A DNA stretch of 64,000 nucleotides from an uncultured bacterium. Its GTDB lineage: Bacteria; Zhuqueibacterota; QNDG01; JAGLOF01. Both the position numbers and the translations under genes were made by a program. Below the pieces are notes generated by a model. It had not been told where the DNA came from. It ran no database searches and saw only the letters and a program-made list of their open reading frames with translations. The stretch spans positions 26,977 through 90,976 of the forward strand of contig CAZUMH010000001.1 of the NCBI GenBank assembly GCA_964621645.1, read 5' to 3'. Shown in pieces: positions 57,076-64,000 of this stretch (positions within the stretch are counted from its first letter, which is position 1; every line of letters begins with the position of its first letter).

Positions 57076-60000
57076 TTACTTGAGGAAGATCATTTTCCTG
57101 ACCGCCTTGTACCCTCCCATCTCGATCCGATAGAAATAGATACCTGATGAAAGGCCTTTCGCGTTAAACACAACGATATGGCTTCCCGCTTCATACCGCT
57201 TATTGGTCAACACTGCCATTTCTTCTCCCAGGATGCTGTAGACTTTCAGCGTGACGTTACAGGCCTTCTTCACGGTAAATCGAACGGTCGTCTCCGGATT
57301 GAATGGATTGGGATAATTCTGCAGCAGCTCGAATTCGCCCGGGATGCCAATGTATTGATCCTTTTCGCTGACATCGGTGACATTGACATTGATCAGATAG
57401 TCCTCAACCTCACCATCCGCGGCTGGCCCGTTGAAAGTCAGACCTCCGGCGGCGTTGAATCGGAATCTGGCAAAGAGAACCGAATCAGTGAACGCCGAAT
57501 CAGGTATGGAATAATTGAGGAAATTATTACCGGCATGCAGAGGCTGATTGATAAATATCTGTTCACCGCCGTCAAGCCAGTCACCATCGCTGTTGAAGTC
57601 GATCCAGGCGTTGATGAATCCGGAATCAGAAGCTGAGGCTGTCAATGTAGCGCCGGTTCCCGGAGAAAGCGGCGACGTAAAGAATATCCCGTCATCATCA
57701 TTATCTCCCGCTATATCATCCCCGTCAGCCACATTGTTCGGCTGGCCGTCATTTTCGCTGTCAATCTTGTTGCCTAACATATACCCTGACACCCATTTAT
57801 GCATGGCACCACCGCCAGCCCAGAGGGTTGGATAGGGTGGGTCAGGAGCGTCACCGAAGTCAAATTTTGTATCCGCCGTGCTGATCAGGACTGCGTAATC
57901 CTCCACTTCACCGATGGGAGGCAGATCGAGCTGATCGGGATAATCAGAGAAATGGGCCGGACCATCATACGACAATCCGCCGGTATCGCTAAAACGGAAC
58001 CGGGCGTAGGTTATCCCGGGTGCCGCTGAAGCGGGCACGGCAATGGAGATCAGGTTCGTTCCCGAAGACAACTGACCGTCCTGCACGATCTGCTCCCCCG
58101 CGTCGTCCCAGCTGGAATCGGCGTTGAAATCAATCCAGGCATTCAAGATACCGGAACCGGAAGCGGTCACCTGAAGCTGCATGGTTTGTCCTGGAATCAA
58201 GGCTTTGGGGAAACTGACTCCATCATCATCATCCATACCATCATTATCATCCCCGGAACCGCCGGGACCCGGCTGACCGTCAGGATCAGGATCCACATAG
58301 TTCCCGAGATGAAATCCCGACTGAATCGTGTGAATCGCCCCGCCGTCAACATGCAACACGCCGTAGGCTCGCGAGGGAACATCTCCGAAATCGAAGACAT
58401 CGCTGTAGTCATCGATTTTAATCAGATAGTCCTCGGTCTCACCGTCCACGAAATCACCTGAGCCGTCCCAGCCCCAATGTTCCACCATGGTTTTCGTGAT
58501 TGTACATCTCATCCAGGCATACCCGGCATTGGGACCGATTCTGAAGGTCGGCGGGGATTTTGTAGAGAGCAAGCCGCCGTCAGAAATGTAGAAATTACGC
58601 AGTACCCGTTCGGGAATCGTCGGGCTGCCGTCACCCGGGTCGATGATATCCTTCCAGTCACCATCCTGATTCCAATCGATGGCAACATTGATGTAGGCGC
58701 CGGTCTCATGCATATTTATCACGGTCATAAGATCGAGGTTGACACCCCAGGCGGCAATCTGCCCGATACTCCCGATGGTCTCGGGCAGTCCGGTGCCGTC
58801 ATCATAAGCGACCACGGTTTCAGAGCCGGCTGAACCGGTGATGTGATGAGGGAATACTCCCCGTAATCCGGCATCCCATTTATAGGACATGAGGAGCGTA
58901 TTGTGGAAATCCTCATCCGCATCATAGAAACCGGTAAACAGAGGACTGAAGCCGGCGTTTCCCTCATATTCATAATCCACTGAGTAACCAAAGTACCGGT
59001 CGCCGCCGTGAGCGTGCCTGATATACCCTTCACCGGTAACGTTGACACCGGTGGGGAACTGTCCTGTGACTCCGGTCGAGGGATAGGCCAGCGCGCCTTC
59101 AGGCGCGTCACCGTAATCATACATCCCGTCGTAGGAGACGCAGATGAGATAATCCTCCGTCTCACCATCACTAAACGTACCGGAGCCGTCCCAGTCGGAC
59201 GCTACCGGGGTATCGGAAAGAGTAACCCGCATCCAGGCGAATCCTTCCGTATTGCCGATGGTAAATTGAGGCGGACTCAGATCGCTCACTTTCCCCGTAC
59301 CCGCGGGAATGGGGAAATTTTGCAGCACATGCTCATCGGTATCACCCCAAGTACCGTTCTGGTTCCAGTCGATGAGAATATTCAGATAAGCTCCATCAGG
59401 ATCGGTCACACTGTAATGAATATCGAGGTAATTGTTATAAGCGAGATATCCCCAATGCACCAGCTCACCGGTTTCACCCAGCACTCCTTTATCCTGATGA
59501 TAGGCACTGTAGGCCCAGTAATGCAGATACCCGCCGGTTTCACGGATCGTGTAGGCATGCGGCGAGATGAGACCGATATCGCCGGTTGCCAGGGAACTGG
59601 TTCTTACATCGTTCATTCCTTCATCCTGGTCGTAATCGCCGCCAAAGGGCGGCAGGACTCCGGCATTCCCGTCCGTCTCATAATCGACGGACCACCCCAG
59701 CTGCCTGGTACCGGCTGTACCGTGTCTGACAAATCCGGCCGTGGTAATATCCTCGAAGGTGGGGAATTGACCGGTGACACCCAGATGAGGATAGGCCTCG
59801 GCATTTTCCGGGGCATCACCGTATTCGTAGAGAATCTCCAGCCGGTCGAATATATTGATGCGGTAGTCTTCCACCTCTCCGTTGATCGCGTCTCCGCCCA
59901 CGGAATCGATCGGCAGCGTGGAGTATCGGAACCGGATATAGGCTGTTCCAGCATGGAAAAGGGAATCCTCCACGCTGATGTCGATTTCATTGACACCAGC

Positions 60001-62472
60001 CTGTACCTGAATCTTTGTCGCTTCATAGACAAAATTACCAGCTGCCAATGGCTTGCTGTTCTGCCCGTTCCCTGTGGATGGGTACCCGCACCAAATACCG
60101 AGGAATCCATTCTGGGAGGCGCTTACCACCGCGGTCACCGTATCTCCCAGTACCCAAGCGCCCTTAAAGGAGACACCATCATCGTCATCGTTCTGGTCGC
60201 TGCTGAAATCACCCATAGCCGTCGAATCAGGTGTGCCGTCCTCATCGGCATCCACGCCGGAACCGAGATAGATTTCTGGGTCAATCATATGGCGGGCGCC
60301 CCCCTGCTGTCGGAGCGTGGGGAACGGCCAAGGCGCATCTCCGTAATCGAACATCATCTTTCCGATGCGAACCCGGTAATCCTCAACCTCCCCGGCGTGT
60401 GAACTCGGTCCGTCGGAGCCTGGCAGCGCATCATCATCAGAGTAGCGGAAGCGGGCGTAAGTGTAGCCGATATGAACATCCGCCGGAATGAGACGACGGT
60501 AGGTGTTGGTTCCGTCAGAGGTAGTGATACCGTCAAAAATTTTCTCGCCTGCATCATTAAAATCGCCATCATGATTGAAGTCGATCCAGCCGTGCAGCAA
60601 GGGATAGAAAGGTGATGTATAGTTTCCCCAGGTGGTAATCTCGAAACTGCTCTCCTCTCCAGGAATCAGTTCGGAGAACACAACGCCGTCTTCATCATCA
60701 TGGCCGTCGGTATCATCCCCCAAGGCATCAGGATCGGGACTTCCATCAAGTTCATTGTCAGTATAAGTGGTACCCAGAAAAATGAGGATATTCCCCCGAT
60801 GACAGGCACCATCGGGCTCGAGTGTGCCGTATGAATCGGGAGCGTCACCGTAATCGAGATATGCTTCGGTTACGGTGCACAAGTAGTCCTCAACCTCCCC
60901 GTTGCCGCCACGGCCATAGGGGGTCAGGAGCGGATCGACGCTGTAACGGAAGCGGGCGTAGGTGTTGCCAAGTTCAGCGGTTTCCGGCACATTAAAATTC
61001 ACCGGGTATATCCCGGTGCCGTGGGTGTTATTATAATTAATTACATACTCCCCGGCATCGGCCCAGTCGCCATCCCGGTTCCAGTCGAACCAGCCGTGCA
61101 GGGTGCCGGTGCCTTTGCATGAAACAATCACCATTGACGCCTCTCCCGGAGTAAGCGCCATCCAAAAGAGAATGCCCTTTTCATCGTCTAGGTCGGTATC
61201 ATTGTCACCTCTGGCGTTAAGTGTAGGCTGGCCGTTGCCTTCCAAATCGGGAGGTGTGCCGGGCATGTAGGAGTAGAGATCAGACCCCCTGTCTACCAGA
61301 TAGATCGTATCGGAAACAGTGTGTCTGGCACCGTTATGGGACCGGAGGGTGGGGTAATGATATATGTCGTCATCAGGAGCGTCCCCATAGTCAAAGAAGT
61401 GGAAATTCTCGATGTAAAACTGCATATCCTCTACTTCACCTTTTGTCACCAGCCCGGTGGCGCCGGGAATGGTGTTCTCGGAATAACGGAAGCGGGCAAA
61501 GGTATTGCCTTCCTTGGCGTCAGCCGGAACGACGATACCGATATCATTGGCGCCCGCTCCAACCTGAGTATCTGCCGCCTCTTCACCGGCGTCATCCCAA
61601 TCACCGTCCTGGTTCCAGTCGAACCAGGCCTTGAGATATCCGCCTGATGATGCGGTAATCCTGACAAGGGCAGTGTCACCCGGGACAAGTTCCTGCAGCA
61701 ATTCGATGCCGTCCTCATCATCGTTCCCGTCATTGTCGTCTCCGGTGGCAGTGGAATCAGGCTGTCCGTCAGTGTCGGCGTCCACACCCTGTCCAAGATA
61801 GATACCTTCGGCGATGGTGTGTCTGGCTCCGCCTTCGTTCAACAGGGTCGGATAGGGTGCGGGAGCGTCACCGAAATCATAGGAATCAGGCGGTGATGAA
61901 TCGGTAATGGTCACCAGATAATCTTCCACTTCACCCTCATATCCATATCCGGTATAGGAAATACCGCCGTTGCTGTTGAAACGGAAACGGGCAAAAGTGT
62001 ATCCTGCGGCAGCACCCGAGGGGACAGAGATGTTGAGAGTATTATTACCGGCTGAAAGGGCTTGATTTGAAAAAATATGTTCACCCGCATCGGCCCAGTC
62101 GCCGTCATCGTTAAAGTCGAGCCAGGCGTTCAGGGTGCCGCTCGCAGAAGCAGTGACAACAATTGTGGCCGTACTGCCTTTAATCAGTGTGGAGAAACTG
62201 ACGCCGTCTTCATCATCGGTGTTATTATTGTCGTCTCCTTTTCCATCAGAAGAAGGTATTCCGTCATTTTCATCATCAACCTTGTTCCCCAAATAGAATC
62301 CAGCGACAATTTTATGGTAGGCGCCGTTGGAATTCAATATTGTCGGATAGGGATTGGGGGCATCTCCAAAGTCATAGAGAGTCTTCTGGGCAAACACGGC
62401 ATTCCCTGCCGCCAGCAAGAGAACAGCCAGCAGTATCCCTGTTTTTCGAACAACAGTACTAAACCTCATCAT
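57076..62472 (-). CDS. Giant T9SS cargo protein composed of nine tandem ~190-aa Asp-rich repeats, each ending in a GEVED motif (GEVEDY / GETEDY)
   Basis: Signal peptide. Nine units of the form Y-DFGDAP-x-PYPT...GARH...LG..VD.D.DG.P...GDD.DG.DDEDGV.F...L.PG...AW.DFN.DGDW.D.GE...ARFR(F/Y)S...GEVEDY. The C-terminus LLQNYPNPFNPETTVRF...VYSILGEEM...SGIYFYRIEMGGY..KMIFLK is a T9SS CTD. Confidence 0.85.
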   Translation of the reverse strand: MMRFSTVVRKTGILLAVLLLAAGNAVFAQKTLYDFGDAPNPYPTILNSNGAYHKIVAGFYLGNKVDDENDGIPSSDGKGDDNNNTDDEDGVSFSTLIKGSTATIVVTASASGTLNAWLDFNDDGDWADAGEHIFSNQALSAGNNTLNISVPSGAAAGYTFARFRFNSNGGISYTGYGYEGEVEDYLVTITDSSPPDSYDFGDAPAPYPTLLNEGGARHTIAEGIYLGQGVDADTDGQPDSTATGDDNDGNDDEDGIELLQELVPGDTALVRITASSGGYLKAWFDWNQDGDWDDAGEEAADTQVGAGANDIGIVVPADAKEGNTFARFRYSENTIPGATGLVTKGEVEDMQFYIENFHFFDYGDAPDDDIYHYPTLRSHNGARHTVSDTIYLVDRGSDLYSYMPGTPPDLEGNGQPTLNARGDNDTDLDDEKGILFWMALTPGEASMVIVSCKGTGTLHGWFDWNRDGDWADAGEYVINYNNTHGTGIYPVNFNVPETAELGNTYARFRYSVDPLLTPYGRGGNGEVEDYLCTVTEAYLDYGDAPDSYGTLEPDGACHRGNILIFLGTTYTDNELDGSPDPDALGDDTDGHDDEDGVVFSELIPGEESSFEITTWGNYTSPFYPLLHGWIDFNHDGDFNDAGEKIFDGITTSDGTNTYRRLIPADVHIGYTYARFRYSDDDALPGSDGPSSHAGEVEDYRVRIGKMMFDYGDAPWPFPTLRQQGGARHMIDPEIYLGSGVDADEDGTPDSTAMGDFSSDQNDDDDGVSFKGAWVLGDTVTAVVSASQNGFLGIWCGYPSTGNGQNSKPLAAGNFVYEATKIQVQAGVNEIDISVEDSLFHAGTAYIRFRYSTLPIDSVGGDAINGEVEDYRINIFDRLEILYEYGDAPENAEAYPHLGVTGQFPTFEDITTAGFVRHGTAGTRQLGWSVDYETDGNAGVLPPFGGDYDQDEGMNDVRTSSLATGDIGLISPHAYTIRETGGYLHYWAYSAYHQDKGVLGETGELVHWGYLAYNNYLDIHYSVTDPDGAYLNILIDWNQNGTWGDTDEHVLQNFPIPAGTGKVSDLSPPQFTIGNTEGFAWMRVTLSDTPVASDWDGSGTFSDGETEDYLICVSYDGMYDYGDAPEGALAYPSTGVTGQFPTGVNVTGEGYIRHAHGGDRYFGYSVDYEYEGNAGFSPLFTGFYDADEDFHNTLLMSYKWDAGLRGVFPHHITGSAGSETVVAYDDGTGLPETIGSIGQIAAWGVNLDLMTVINMHETGAYINVAIDWNQDGDWKDIIDPGDGSPTIPERVLRNFYISDGGLLSTKSPPTFRIGPNAGYAWMRCTITKTMVEHWGWDGSGDFVDGETEDYLIKIDDYSDVFDFGDVPSRAYGVLHVDGGAIHTIQSGFHLGNYVDPDPDGQPGPGGSGDDNDGMDDDDGVSFPKALIPGQTMQLQVTASGSGILNAWIDFNADSSWDDAGEQIVQDGQLSSGTNLISIAVPASAAPGITYARFRFSDTGGLSYDGPAHFSDYPDQLDLPPIGEVEDYAVLISTADTKFDFGDAPDPPYPTLWAGGGAMHKWVSGYMLGNKIDSENDGQPNNVADGDDIAGDNDDDGIFFTSPLSPGTGATLTASASDSGFINAWIDFNSDGDWLDGGEQIFINQPLHAGNNFLNYSIPDSAFTDSVLFARFRFNAAGGLTFNGPAADGEVEDYLINVNVTDVSEKDQYIGIPGEFELLQNYPNPFNPETTVRFTVKKACNVTLKVYSILGEEMAVLTNKRYEAGSHIVVFNAKGLSSGIYFYRIEMGGYKAVRKMIFLK
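57372..62390 (-). repeat. Nine tandem coding repeats (~570 bp period, diverged) of the GEVED-domain unit
   Basis: Periodicity of the DFGDAP and GEVEDY motifs seen in the translation. Copies are divergent at the DNA level. Confidence 0.6.
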
Positions 62473-62979
62473 GTCCTCCTGTCTTGATGTCTACAGAGAA
62501 AATATATATGTAAAAAACAGTATTCATCCAGAAGGCTGTCAATACATGAAAATGATTTCAGCTGTTCATCAGGGGTGAAACAGGGACAACATTTCACAGT
62601 TACGCTGTCACCGCAAGGACGGTGTATCGACATATTCATACGTAAAAATACGCATCGAATAAGGGCGTAATAAGGATGTGTTCCGGTTACGACGACGTGT
62701 GGTGTATGCCAAGGTATGGATATTTTTGCTTGATGTCAATTTATTTTCAGATCTAACATTTCTGAATGTGAGTGACCGCCCCGGGCAATATTGCCTGGGA
62801 TACAGTCTTGGGGGGCCTCTGCTCCGGATGAACGTTCAGGGGCATAGGAATTTTTGCTTAAAAGTTGCAGGCCTTAGACCCAGGAGGTTACGCATTAATG
62901 CGAGTCGGAATATACAGGTCTCACTTCAAATGTTTGTGAGAATGTAATTGGCAAAGTGAATTGCCGTCAAGACTAAAGT

Positions 62980-63936
62980 TCACCGGGATATTCCCGCCGG
63001 TTTCTGCCAGAATATCGTCTCGTCATTTATAGAATAGATCTTTTCACCACGGCCGGTGAGCCGGTATTTCCGCAGCTGTTCGGATTTGTATCCGTCGGGG
63101 ATCAGCTCGAAAAACTCCCTGACCCGAACAGTGTCCTGAGCGAATCTGCTGTATTCCGGGCAGCGCATCTTGAAGACAAATTCGGAGAGAAACCAGAGGT
63201 AATTGGCACCTTCGATGAAATTACCGAGATTGAACCAGGCCATTTCGAGACCGCTTCTGCCCACATGGTGCACCTTCATCGGCGCGCCTGAGATCAATCC
63301 TCTCCTGATCTCTGCCACACCCAGGATGTTCCCCTTCTTATCGGTCACATAGGCACCAAAATCCGGATCCATGAGAATCCATTTGTCCAGGGTTTGGGAG
63401 AACACCGACGTGACAAAGTGACTCTCCTCTTCCTCATGGGAATATGGCAGGAGATGGGTGTGACGGGAATAGAATCCCATAGACAGATAGACTTCATTGA
63501 GAATGACTGTCTTCATATAGCAGTTGATATTCATATGTTGATCTTTCGCCAAATGAATAAATGAAAAGGCATTGCGTTCGGCGGGAACAGCCGGCTCATT
63601 GGCATGCGCGGCCAGGCCGTATACCCAGGTCATCAGGTTGATGATTCGCTCGGTTTCCGATCCCTGCCCGGCAATGCTGTCCAGATCATATTGCTTCCGC
63701 AGTCTTCTAAGATTTTCATCCGTGGAATCGGAATATAGGAAGGTAACGTCGATGGGATAGCCCGTCCCCTGAGCGGAAAAGCCCGGATGCTGCTTCAAAT
63801 GGGACATCCATTCTTTGCCCATCGATACATATTTATGCCGTTCCTGTAGTTCCGGGATTACTGCCTCGAAAATAATGAACAACAGGAACAAGACAGCCAG
63901 AACACCAATAGAAATTTTAATGATTAATTTTTTCAT
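62980..63936 (-). CDS. Hypothetical N-terminally membrane-anchored protein
   Basis: GGGAAG RBS and a single N-terminal TM (LIIKISIGVLAVLFLLFIIF). No recognisable domain. The gene runs to the window edge and is intact. Confidence 0.5.
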   Translation of the reverse strand: MKKLIIKISIGVLAVLFLLFIIFEAVIPELQERHKYVSMGKEWMSHLKQHPGFSAQGTGYPIDVTFLYSDSTDENLRRLRKQYDLDSIAGQGSETERIINLMTWVYGLAAHANEPAVPAERNAFSFIHLAKDQHMNINCYMKTVILNEVYLSMGFYSRHTHLLPYSHEEEESHFVTSVFSQTLDKWILMDPDFGAYVTDKKGNILGVAEIRRGLISGAPMKVHHVGRSGLEMAWFNLGNFIEGANYLWFLSEFVFKMRCPEYSRFAQDTVRVREFFELIPDGYKSEQLRKYRLTGRGEKIYSINDETIFWQKPAGISR

Positions 63937-64000
63937 ATAAGCTTCCCTGTGGCTCATGCAGTGACCCATCCATCGGGTTATACGGGCTGGATGAATATCC

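Noticed and set aside
59008-60402. 464-aa + strand ORF inside the GEVED-repeat gene
   Set aside because: It is antisense to a gene with unmistakable repeat, motif and T9SS-CTD structure. Its translation is low-complexity (R/G/I/V-rich) with no motif. Long antisense ORFs are expected in GC-rich repetitive coding DNA.

Overview
This is a GC-rich (roughly 55% by eye) bacterial window with several AT-rich patches, and reads like a metagenome contig. Four proteins end in the ~85-aa Por/T9SS C-terminal sorting domain (consensus Q-N-Y-P-N-P-F-N...Y-N-I-L-G-Q...S-G-I-Y-F-Y-R-hK), so the organism belongs to the FCB superphylum (Bacteroidota or related candidate phyla). I support about 50 protein genes and no rRNA, tRNA or CRISPR.

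Gene content, left to right:
- a 2633-aa modular T9SS cargo protein (LamG, parallel beta-helix, metzincin HEIGHVLGLVH, Ig-like, IPT, YVTN propeller, FIMAH, CTD);
- a Hanks Ser/Thr kinase with TPR repeats beside a HEAT-repeat protein;
- a PadR regulator, a 'permease-prefix' membrane protein and an ACR3 arsenite exporter, with an unlinked ArsC 4 kb away;
- a GT39 glycosyltransferase and a hotdog thioesterase;
- an ECF sigma / zf-HC2 anti-sigma / CarboxypepD_reg+secretin-N mini-secretin module, followed by a T9SS-sorted NlpC/P60 peptidase;
- a BlaI/BlaR1 (M56) pair whose sensor is replaced by a K/E-rich coiled coil;
- a Cys-type sulfatase;
- a hemicellulose-type glycan cluster (GH43, GH3-PA14, SGNH/SASA esterase, T9SS-sorted CE1-like esterase, DUF4185-like, DUF3795) with no SusC/SusD;
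- DUF2461, PhzF and DUF805 proteins;
- a duplicated and disrupted 5' fragment of the SGNH esterase gene next to a cluster of short palindromic repeats;
- an AT-rich islet carrying a lipoprotein;
- DUF302 plus a czcCBA/cusCBA heavy-metal RND efflux operon;
- a 1798-aa T9SS cargo protein built from nine tandem ~190-aa DFGDAP...GEVEDY (GEVED-domain) repeats.

The most unusual items are the sigma/anti-sigma/mini-secretin module, the GEVED-repeat giant, the sensor-less BlaR1, the PadR-linked ACR3 with its 36-bp palindrome, and the duplicated esterase 5' end with hairpin repeats. The many long antisense ORFs in the track are artefacts of GC-rich DNA.
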